Assembly: GCA_965203055.1 (NCBI GenBank) | Contig: OZ241863.1 | Coordinates: 2,016,001-2,080,000, forward strand | Direction: 5' to 3' | DNA length: 64,000 nucleotides | DNA from: Spirochaetia bacterium | Lineage (GTDB): Bacteria; Spirochaetota; Spirochaetia; SZUA-6; Bin103 | Shown: positions 1 to 8,114 of the stretch, in pieces | Numbering within the stretch: position 1 is the first letter of the stretch | Layout of the letters: the number at the start of each line of letters is the position of its first letter | The notes under the pieces: model-generated | Seen by the model: the letters and a program-made list of their open reading frames with translations, nothing else | Databases searched by the model: none | What the model was told of the DNA's origin: nothing | Position numbers and translations under genes: made by a program

Positions 1-179
1 CACCAGCCGTTCGCAAGCGCCATCACGCCCTCCCGACCGGCGCCGATCTGACCGCTCTAGCGGACCCCGACGGCGCCTCCTGCGCCGCCGCTTCTCGTGC
101 TTGCCAACCCACGCCCGCTTGTGCCATCGTCCCGGCCGTTGCGACACCGATTTTTCTCATCTTGATTGTCGCTCGGTTC

Positions 180-502
180 TCATCCTGATTGTCGCGCTAC
201 AGGCCGGCCCGGGAAATGGCGGGACCAGCGCTGCCACGTTCTACCCAGGTAGTGCTCCGTCACCTCGGTCTGCGGAATCGGCTGCCCGTCCAGCCGTAGT
301 ATCGGCGGATCGAACCACCACATCTCGGGCGCGACGTCCGGATAGCCCGGCGCCAACCTGAGCAGGAGATCGGACCGGGCGGGACGCAACCCGTCCGGCA
401 GCGGAAATCATGCAGCACGAGACAGAGCATACCGTCTTCAATTGCTTCGCTGTATCTCACTTGCCGTGCTTCGAGGCACCCCCGGTCGTCACTTGGCAAC
501 AT
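180..502 (-). pseudogene. Prokaryotic E2/UBC-family protein (Prok-E2_E-like), frameshifted and probably 3'-truncated
   Basis: ATG at 502 with GGGAGG upstream gives MLPSDDRGCLEARQVRYSEAIEDGMLCLVLHDF. Adding one C at ~403-404 continues as PLPDGLRPARSDLLLRLAPGYPDVAPEMWWFDPP...YLGRTWQRWSRHF, matching the E2-family LPxGYPxxxP and WSRH motifs. Stops about 10 codons after WSRH. Confidence 0.7.
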
Positions 503-3473
503 GGCCGCTCCCTCCCGGCGCCGCGACGCTACGCTTGTCGTCGCGACCGGGATTGATCTGCCGCGGCGTCGTACCCTGGTCTGCCGGCGCCCCGTGGCCT
601 TCCTTGGGATCGGCGGATACGGCCATGGCGACCTTGGAAGCTCGCCGGCGCTCGATCTCCTTGATGATGTCCTCGGCAACCTCCATCACTTCCGCCGGCG
701 CTCGAACCTGCTCCCCCAGCTCCTTACGCAAGGCGACTACGAGAGGCCTCAACTTGGTGCACTTATCGTTGTCCATCAACAGAATATCAAGCACGTCACG
801 TTGCTGCGCTTCAGTGGCCAATCCAATCACGACTTCCTGTATGTGAAGCATGATCATTTCACCGACAACTGAGGACCCAGTATACCCGGCGTGAAATGAG
901 ATTATGGCAGCACGGAAGTCTCCCTGTTTGGTCAGCACCCTAGCCTTATTGAACAGAGCCACTGCTACAGGTTCCTGAATATCACACAGCTCACTCTCTC
1001 CATATCTATCGACCAGTTCGTCGTAAACGTCTATCGCATCCCTGTCCGCTCCCTGCCGCGATAGTTCAACTCCCTTGTTGAACAACGCTTTCGCGATCTG
1101 CTCACAGACTACAGATTCCTCACTTTCTCCATATCGGTCGAATAGTTCGTCGTAGACTTTAATCCCGGCCTCATGCGCACCCTGTCGCCATAGTGCAAGT
1201 CCCTTGTTCATCATTGCCATCGCCACCGACTTCTGAACTTTGGGTATGTCACTTGCTCCATATCGGTCGACCAGCTCGTCGTAGACTCTAGTCTCGGCCT
1301 TGTGGTCACCCAGCCACGATAGTTCAGATCCCTTATTTACCATCGCTTTCGCGACCACCTCCTGAACTTCAGGTCTATCACTTACTCCATATCGGTCGAC
1401 CAGCTCGTCGTAAACATTAATCCCGGCCTCACGCCCACCTTGTCTCGATAGCCCAACGCCCTTGTTGAACAACGCATTCGCGACCACCTCCTGAACCTCC
1501 GGTCTATCACTTACTCTATATCGTTCGACTAGTTCATCGTAAACCCTCATCGCAGCCTCGTGGTTACCCTGTCGCCATAGTTCAACTCCCTTGTTGAACA
1601 ACGCATTCGCGACCACCTCCTGAACCTCTGGTCTATCACTTACTCTATATCGTTCGACTAGTTCATCGTAAACCCTCATCGCAGCCTCGTGGTTACCCTG
1701 TCGCCATAGTTCAACTCCCTTGTTGAACGTCCCCTTCGCCACCACCTCCTGAACCTCTGGTATGTCACTTGCTCCATATCGTTCGACTAGTTCATCGTAA
1801 ATCCTAATCCCATCCTCGTGCTTGCCCTGCTGCCGTGATAGCTCAGCTCCCTTGTTGACCATCGCCTTCGCGATCTGTACATGAACTACAGATTCCTTAC
1901 TATCTCCATATCGTATAGCTAGCTCTTCGTAAACCTTAATCGCGGCCTCTCGCGCGCCCTGTTGCTCTAGTGTAGCTCCTTTATTGAACAGCGCCTTCGC
2001 CACCTGCTCTTGTATTTCATGCACATCACTGTCTCCATATCGTTCCACCAGTTCATCGTAGAGCTCAAGGGCGGCCGTGTTTTCCCTCCGGTTGGAATGT
2101 ATCAACGCTCTATCAAAAAGTGTCCGAACGGTGATCATGTGAGCCGATTTCGATTCTTCATCGATGCTTGGCTGTGAGAAACTGGAGAACAGTTCTGCTA
2201 TACGAGGATCTTCGGCGCCGGCACGTTCGATTCCTTCTCGAATGGATGGTTCTTGAGTTGCCTCTATGCTGACCTTATCGATCGTATCTTCCAATTCAGC
2301 TCCGCTGTAGAATGCGGTCATGAAGCGAATCAGATTTTGTATGACCGCGGCCTCGTCGCGCTGCCGGCGCAGTTTGTAGTAGATGCTGTAAAGGCGCTCC
2401 GCGGCGGCGTACCACCGCTTTCTGCCGCTTCCTTCGACGCTGATCGCTCCCCGGTTGGCGAGCCTGCCGAGCATAGCGGATACGGTTCGGACGTCCAGGC
2501 GGGATCGTGCCGTGATTTCGGCGGTGCTCGACGGCTGCCAGAGATCGATTACCGCGAGATAGACGCGGCGTTCGGTCTTGGCGATGCCCTGCAGGTGGCT
2601 GCGGAAATATTCGGTATGATCGTCGATCAACGTCACCAGCTCCTCCATCAACTGGCGCAGCGACCGGTGACGCGCGAACTCGGCCACGATGACCAGAAGG
2701 CGCGGGTTGCCGCCGGTGAGTATCTGCAGCGGCCTGATCTGGCGCTCGATCACGTCGTCGCCGCTGACCACCTGCCACAGACGCCGGCACTCTCCGGTAT
2801 CCAGCGGCTCAAGGCGGAGGGTGCGGAACAGTTCGAAGAACGGCTGCTCCGGATCGTCAAGCGCCTCGAACCGACTGGTGGCGGTGGCGAGAAGCATGAT
2901 CTGCGGTTCCGTCTGCAGCACCGCCCGCAGCTTCCATCCGAAGTCGTCATCCACGTCCCCGCAGAGGTCCTGCAGGTTCTCGACCATGAGCACGAGCTGT
3001 CGCCCCAGCCGGTCCGCCGTGTCCAGCACCGTGGATCGGGCGCGCAGATCGAGATCATCGCCTCGCCACCGAGCAGCCAGATCTTCGTGCGCCGCGCGCA
3101 ATTCCTGAGCCATGGCCGAATCGCTCTTGGAAATCTCCGCTGCAAGATGAAACAAGGCTTCGAGCCAAAAGTCGCCCGAATCCAATATCTCCTGGCTCTC
3201 TTCCATGAACCGCACCGGCAACAGCCGCTCGGCGAGCGCGCTGCGGGCGCGCAGCTCGGCGGCGACGCGCGCCAACAGCATCGTCTTGCCGCGTCCGCGC
3301 GGCGCGACGAGCAACGTGTGCTGACACGACGGCGCATCGAGATTGTCGTTCAGAACTTCGAGTACGATAGCCAGTTCGCGTTCCCGGACCACGAACTGGC
3401 TGATCACTTCCGCATCGGATTGGAACGTTCCGGGATTGAACTTGCGAATCGTCCGCTCGGATGGCTTGGTCAT
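489..3473 (-). CDS. STAND-like P-loop ATPase with winged helix and C-terminal TPR-like repeat array
   Basis: 994 aa. Walker A APRGRGKT, Walker B-like LVLMVENL, GGNPR motif, wHTH-like STAEITARSRLDVRTVSAMLGRL, then nine ~43-aa repeats (ALFNKG...VYDELVERY). Confidence 0.85.
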   Translation of the reverse strand: MTKPSERTIRKFNPGTFQSDAEVISQFVVRERELAIVLEVLNDNLDAPSCQHTLLVAPRGRGKTMLLARVAAELRARSALAERLLPVRFMEESQEILDSGDFWLEALFHLAAEISKSDSAMAQELRAAHEDLAARWRGDDLDLRARSTVLDTADRLGRQLVLMVENLQDLCGDVDDDFGWKLRAVLQTEPQIMLLATATSRFEALDDPEQPFFELFRTLRLEPLDTGECRRLWQVVSGDDVIERQIRPLQILTGGNPRLLVIVAEFARHRSLRQLMEELVTLIDDHTEYFRSHLQGIAKTERRVYLAVIDLWQPSSTAEITARSRLDVRTVSAMLGRLANRGAISVEGSGRKRWYAAAERLYSIYYKLRRQRDEAAVIQNLIRFMTAFYSGAELEDTIDKVSIEATQEPSIREGIERAGAEDPRIAELFSSFSQPSIDEESKSAHMITVRTLFDRALIHSNRRENTAALELYDELVERYGDSDVHEIQEQVAKALFNKGATLEQQGAREAAIKVYEELAIRYGDSKESVVHVQIAKAMVNKGAELSRQQGKHEDGIRIYDELVERYGASDIPEVQEVVAKGTFNKGVELWRQGNHEAAMRVYDELVERYRVSDRPEVQEVVANALFNKGVELWRQGNHEAAMRVYDELVERYRVSDRPEVQEVVANALFNKGVGLSRQGGREAGINVYDELVDRYGVSDRPEVQEVVAKAMVNKGSELSWLGDHKAETRVYDELVDRYGASDIPKVQKSVAMAMMNKGLALWRQGAHEAGIKVYDELFDRYGESEESVVCEQIAKALFNKGVELSRQGADRDAIDVYDELVDRYGESELCDIQEPVAVALFNKARVLTKQGDFRAAIISFHAGYTGSSVVGEMIMLHIQEVVIGLATEAQQRDVLDILLMDNDKCTKLRPLVVALRKELGEQVRAPAEVMEVAEDIIKEIERRRASKVAMAVSADPKEGHGAPADQGTTPRQINPGRDDKRSVAAPGGSGHVAK
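930..2130 (-). repeat. Coding tandem array of ~129-bp (43-aa) TPR-like units
   Basis: CTTGTTGAAC recurs at 1461, 1590 and 1719 (period 129). The two units in 1461-1718 are almost identical. Nine Y(D/E)EL units in the protein. Confidence 0.9.
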
Positions 3474-4711
3474 GAGCTACCCACCCCCGGCGCCAGCAGA
3501 CGTCTTTCGACCGGTACGTGGTGATCCCGGAAGCGGGCTGCCCACCAGTCCTTCAGCAACCGGGACGGGAAGCGGTAGCCGTCGGCGGAGGATTCTAGGT
3601 AACCGTCGTGAACCAGCACATCGAATGCCTCGGTCACGCAGCCCGGCGCATCGTCGACCACCTGGGCGTATATCCGTTCCAGGCAGCGTCGAGCGTCCTC
3701 CGTGAACACCCCCTGCGTGGCGGCTTCGGCGAGTATCTCCATCGCTACGCGGAAGCTGTCTTCATCCAGCCCATCCTTAAGGCGCGTCTGGTAATGCATG
3801 AGGTCGTTCTGCCCCGACGGTCCGAGCATATCGGTATGATAGACCTTATCGACATCGTCCGCCGTCACTCGGTCCTTGCCCTGCATGACAGTGAACTCGT
3901 GCAGCCTTACGAAGAACGACTGGACATGGTGAGGGATGCCAATACCGAGGGCGTCGTACACCGCATTCGCCACGCCGTCATCCACTCGGAGTCCGTAGCT
4001 CTCGGCGAGGCGCTCAAAGCACTCGATGCTGACGTTGCGATTCCACGGTCCCAGGCGAAACGGATAGAGATAGTTGATACGGTCGGACATACCGAGCCGC
4101 TGCATGAGCGGCTCGAGACCGATGCTGCCGGAGACGATCAGGACCGGCGAGCCCTGGAATCCCTGCATCACGGCACGCAGCCAGCTTAGAAACTCGTCGA
4201 CTCGACGTGCATGGCGGTCGTCGCGGAGCATCCGCTTGAGGAGTATCGGCAGCTCGTCGATGACCAGGAGCACCCGCTTGTCGTGTTTGGCACAATCGTC
4301 GATGAGCCGCTTCCCTTGGCGCCGCCACGTTCCAGGATTCAGCCCCGCTCGAAGCTTCACCCGAAAACCTCGTGCACTGAGCTCTTCCACCTGCTCGCCG
4401 AACCAGCGCTTCATGGTGGCACCCAGGCGTGAGAAGATCGGACGGATCGGATACGCCGCCGTAGCGATAGCCGCAATCGCGTCCTCCGCCGTACAGGCAG
4501 TGCCCTCGATGTCGGCAAAAAGGAACACCCAACCCTGGATCTCAAGCCGTCGGCCCAGTTCCTGGGTCACGCTGGTCTTGCCCATGCGCCGTTGGCCGGT
4601 CAGCAGCACGTGGTTGCCGTCACGGACCAGCGTTTCCAGTATCTGTAACTCCTTATCCCGGTTGAAGAAAAAGTCGTCGCCGCTGACCGGGCGGCCGGTC
4701 GATGCTTTCAT
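3470..4711 (-). CDS. AAA/STAND-like ATP-binding protein
   Basis: 413 aa. FFNRDKEL start motif, Walker A GQRRMGKT, Walker B LLVIDE, SGS sensor. Its stop overlaps the ATG of the next gene (ATGA). Confidence 0.85.
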   Translation of the reverse strand: MKASTGRPVSGDDFFFNRDKELQILETLVRDGNHVLLTGQRRMGKTSVTQELGRRLEIQGWVFLFADIEGTACTAEDAIAAIATAAYPIRPIFSRLGATMKRWFGEQVEELSARGFRVKLRAGLNPGTWRRQGKRLIDDCAKHDKRVLLVIDELPILLKRMLRDDRHARRVDEFLSWLRAVMQGFQGSPVLIVSGSIGLEPLMQRLGMSDRINYLYPFRLGPWNRNVSIECFERLAESYGLRVDDGVANAVYDALGIGIPHHVQSFFVRLHEFTVMQGKDRVTADDVDKVYHTDMLGPSGQNDLMHYQTRLKDGLDEDSFRVAMEILAEAATQGVFTEDARRCLERIYAQVVDDAPGCVTEAFDVLVHDGYLESSADGYRFPSRLLKDWWAARFRDHHVPVERRLLAPGVGSS

Positions 4712-4858
4712 CGGAGTCTCCTTGAGTCAACAATATAGCTGTCAATGAAAACGTTGTCAACCATTTCGCTGACTGACTATTCGCGCCTGTACCGACAACG
4801 TAGGCGGGGATAGGACGAAGGTGCCGCAGGCGGTGGTTTGGGACGCTACCGCGGCGAA

Positions 4859-5500
4859 TCAGACATTGAACGGGGATTCCCAGATGGGGGTGAGTTGCAG
4901 GACGAAGCCGGGCAGCACCGGGTCACCGGCGACTGCCGACGGATGGTCGAGGTGCTCCACGGCGCCGTCTGCGTGGTAGACGAGAAGCTGCCTGCGGTCA
5001 GGCAGAATCAGCCAGCCCAGCCGGGCGCCGTTGTTGCGGTACTCCTCCATCTTGCGTTGGAGGGCCGGCACGGAATCGGACGGCGAGGCGATCTCGACCA
5101 CGAAGTCGGGACACAGCGGCAGGAACTTCCTGCCCCACTCCGCCACGATCGGCGCGAGGCGGGAATGCGCGGCCCAGGCCGCATCCGGCGACCGTACGGC
5201 GCCGTTGGGAAGCTCGAAGCCGGCGGATGAATCGAACGCCGCACCGGAGCGATCCTGGTCCGCCCAGCGCAGCAGCTCGGCAATCAGGCGGGCGTTGCGG
5301 GCGCTCGTCTCGCCGCCGGTGGGGGCCATTATCTCAATGTCTCCTGCGTCATTACGCTCGATCGCTACATCCCGGTTCAATTGGCAGAGTTGATAGAACT
5401 GATCGCGCGTGAGGTCGATCGCCGGGCGCAAGCGCAGCACCAACCGCGCCCCGGCCGGCCGCGCAACGTCGAGCTGCTGACTGGCCATTGCCACCGCCAT
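4859..5500 (-). CDS. Uma2 (DUF820) family PD-(D/E)xK endonuclease
   Basis: MAPTGG...DSSAGFELPNGAVRSPDAAW...PLCPDFVVEIASPSD...KMEEYRNNGARLGWLI are the characteristic family motifs. Confidence 0.92.
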   Translation of the reverse strand: MAVAMASQQLDVARPAGARLVLRLRPAIDLTRDQFYQLCQLNRDVAIERNDAGDIEIMAPTGGETSARNARLIAELLRWADQDRSGAAFDSSAGFELPNGAVRSPDAAWAAHSRLAPIVAEWGRKFLPLCPDFVVEIASPSDSVPALQRKMEEYRNNGARLGWLILPDRRQLLVYHADGAVEHLDHPSAVAGDPVLPGFVLQLTPIWESPFNV

Positions 5501-5622
5501 ACGCTACCTCCGGCGCCGCGCGCGGTCAAACGCGCCGAACCGACGCGCGAGTTTGACGTTGCCGCGGGCGGCGGCCACATTGACGACGGCATGAGTATCG
5601 TTGGCCGGCGAGATCGTTGGCG

Positions 5623-7206
5623 ATGACCGCGGACCGCTTCTTCTGCACCGAAGGCCCGATCAAGCCGGAGCGCCATTACCACGTCCCGCCGCTGGGACGC
5701 ATCGACCTCGACGGGGTTCTGCGCCTGATCGGCCAGTGGCGCTACTTCGTCCTGCATGCGCCGCGCCAGACCGGCAAGACCACCGCGCTGCTGGCGTTGC
5801 GCGACGCGTTGAACGACGGCGGCGAATGTCACTGCGTCTACGTGAACGTGGAGATCGGGCAGGCGGCCCGCGACGACGTGACCGCGGCGATGCGGGCGAT
5901 TCTGGACCGGCTGTCGGTGGAGGCCGAGCGCACGCTGGGAGACGGCTCGCTGGCCGGCATCTGGCCGGCGGCCCTGGCAACGGCGGGCGGCCTGGGCGCG
6001 CTGCTGAAGGCGCTCACCCTCTGGGCGGAGACCGCTCCCAAGCCTCTGGTGCTGCTGATCGACGAGGTCGACTCGCTGGTGGGAGACACGCTGATCGCGG
6101 TGCTCCGGCAACTCCGCAACGGCTACCCCGACCGGCCGCGGCGGTATCCCCAGAGTGTGATTCTGTGCGGCGTGCGCGACGTGCGCGACTATCGGATTCA
6201 ATCGACCCGGGAGCAGGCGGTCGTGACCGGCGGCAGCGCCTTCAACGTCAAGGCGGCGTCGCTGCGGCTAGGCGACTTCTCGTACGACGAAGTCCGGCTG
6301 CTGCTGGCGCAACATACCGCGGCGACCGGGCAGCCGTGGGCGGAGGAAGCGGAGCGCCGCATCTGGTCGCTTACCAACGGGCAGCCCTGGCTGGTCAACG
6401 CGCTCGCGCAGGAGGCGGTCGAGCGCCTGCCCGACTGCGCCCGCGGGCGGCCGGTGCCGGTGGCGGCGGTCGAGGAGGCGCGCGAACGGATCATCCTGCG
6501 CCGCGACACGCACCTGGACCAGCTCGCCGACAAGCTCGCCGAACCGCGCGTGCGCGGCGTCATCGAGTTGCTCCTCAGCGGCGGCCAATCCGCCGCCGAC
6601 CTGCCGCGCGACGACCTGGAATACGTCCGCGACCTGGGGCTCATCCGGATCGAAGGGGGCGTAGCGATCGCCAATCCGCTCTACCAGGAGGTGATCCCGC
6701 GCGAGCTCACCTACACCACCGAAGCGACGCTGGCCGCCGACGCGGCGTGGTACGTCGAGCGCGGCGGACGCCTGCAGGCGGACAGGCTGCTGGCGGCGTT
6801 CCAGGAGTTCTTTCGCGAGCACTCCGAGCACTGGGTCGAGCGGTTCCAGTACCGGGAGGCCGGGCCGCAGTTGCTGCTGCAGGCGTTTCTGCACCGCATC
6901 GTCAACAGCGGCGGCCGGATCGAACGCGAGTACGGCCTGGGCCGCATGCGGACCGATCTGCTGATCGTCTGGCCGGCCGGCGCCGCCGTGCAGAAGATCG
7001 TGATCGAGTGCAAGCTGCTGCACGGCAGCCTGGAACGGACGCTGGCGAGCGGGCTGACGCAGACCCGCGCCTATCTCGACCGCTGCGCCGCCGGCGAGGC
7101 CCACCTGGTCATCTTCGACCGCACCGCCGGCAAGCCCTGGTCCGCCAAGCTGTTCCGGCGCCGCGAAACCGCCGGCGGCCCGCCCGTCACCGTATGGGGA
7201 ATGTAG
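5623..7206 (+). CDS. AAA-like ATPase with C-terminal PD-(D/E)xK-like domain (paralog 1)
   Basis: Walker A HAPRQTGKT, Walker B LLIDEVD, GQPWLVN motif, C-terminal EREYGLGRMRTDLL...VIECK. Start at ATG 5623 (or TTG 5617). Confidence 0.85.
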   Translation: MTADRFFCTEGPIKPERHYHVPPLGRIDLDGVLRLIGQWRYFVLHAPRQTGKTTALLALRDALNDGGECHCVYVNVEIGQAARDDVTAAMRAILDRLSVEAERTLGDGSLAGIWPAALATAGGLGALLKALTLWAETAPKPLVLLIDEVDSLVGDTLIAVLRQLRNGYPDRPRRYPQSVILCGVRDVRDYRIQSTREQAVVTGGSAFNVKAASLRLGDFSYDEVRLLLAQHTAATGQPWAEEAERRIWSLTNGQPWLVNALAQEAVERLPDCARGRPVPVAAVEEARERIILRRDTHLDQLADKLAEPRVRGVIELLLSGGQSAADLPRDDLEYVRDLGLIRIEGGVAIANPLYQEVIPRELTYTTEATLAADAAWYVERGGRLQADRLLAAFQEFFREHSEHWVERFQYREAGPQLLLQAFLHRIVNSGGRIEREYGLGRMRTDLLIVWPAGAAVQKIVIECKLLHGSLERTLASGLTQTRAYLDRCAAGEAHLVIFDRTAGKPWSAKLFRRRETAGGPPVTVWGM

Positions 7207-7295
7207 CGCCCGCGCACCGGAGACCGGATAATGGCGCGTATCATCTCGGCGCGGCCGGCCACCAGGCACGAGCGGCGCCAGTTTGAATCAGGCAG

Positions 7296-8114
7296 ATGAA
7301 ACGAGAGTACGACTTTTCCAAGGGCGAGCGCGGCAAGTTCTACCATGAGGGCGCCACGCTGAACCTGCCGAGTTCCACCCGACAGCCTCCCTGGGCCCAC
7401 GACGAGAGACCGATCGTCCGCTTCATCACGGACGAAACCGGGAAGACCCTCCGGGCCTATCGCGAGCAACCGAGTCTGGTGACCGAGCACGCCAACCTCG
7501 AGCACGATACGGCTCATGGCGCCTACGCCCATCGGCAGATATTCGAGCTGGTCCAGAACGGAGCGGATGCGCTGACTCACTCGGACGGCGCGAGCATCCT
7601 GGTGCGCCTGACCGGGGAGTACCTCTACTGCGCCGACGACGGAAAGCCGATCGACGAAGCCGGCGTTCGAGCGCTCATGTTCTCCCACGTGTCGCGCAAG
7701 CGGGACACGAGCGAGATCGGACGGTTCGGACTTGGCTTCAAGTCGGTGCTGGGCGTCACGGACGCGCCCGAGTTCTACAGTCGTTCCGGTTCCTTCCGGT
7801 TCGACCGACACGATGCGGCGCGGCGCATAGCGGAAGTCGCGCCCGCGGAGCGCTATCCGGTGCTCCGATTACCCGTTGCCGTTTACGCTCACAAGGCATC
7901 GCAGGACGACGAAGACCTGCGCGAGATGATGACGTGGGCCACGAACATCATCCGCCTGCCACTCAAACCAGGCGCCCGGGAAGACTTGTCCGAGCAACTC
8001 ATGGCGTTTCCACCGGAGTTCCTGCTGTTCGTCGATCACGTCCGCCATCTGACCCTCGAAGACGGGGAGCGTTCCCGTGATTTGTCTCATGACTCGGTAG
8101 CCGCGTGCCGCTGA
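7296..8114 (+). CDS. Sacsin-like GHKL/HATPase N-terminal domain with an antitoxin-like N-terminal peptide; probably truncated
   Basis: GHKL motifs ELVQNGAD, ADDG and IGRFGLGFKSV. First 25 aa MKREYDFSKGERGKFY resemble BrnA/CopG-type antitoxin N-termini. Ends at 272 aa, overlapping the helicase start. Confidence 0.7.
   Translation: MKREYDFSKGERGKFYHEGATLNLPSSTRQPPWAHDERPIVRFITDETGKTLRAYREQPSLVTEHANLEHDTAHGAYAHRQIFELVQNGADALTHSDGASILVRLTGEYLYCADDGKPIDEAGVRALMFSHVSRKRDTSEIGRFGLGFKSVLGVTDAPEFYSRSGSFRFDRHDAARRIAEVAPAERYPVLRLPVAVYAHKASQDDEDLREMMTWATNIIRLPLKPGAREDLSEQLMAFPPEFLLFVDHVRHLTLEDGERSRDLSHDSVAACR

Noticed and set aside
1..26. Possible gene start on the minus strand (GGGAGG then GTG ATG GCG CTT...)
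   Set aside because: Only about 8 codons are visible; no product can be assigned.
1461..1730. Regular repeats as a possible CRISPR array
   Set aside because: Units are 129-bp in-frame coding repeats with no unique spacers and no cas genes.
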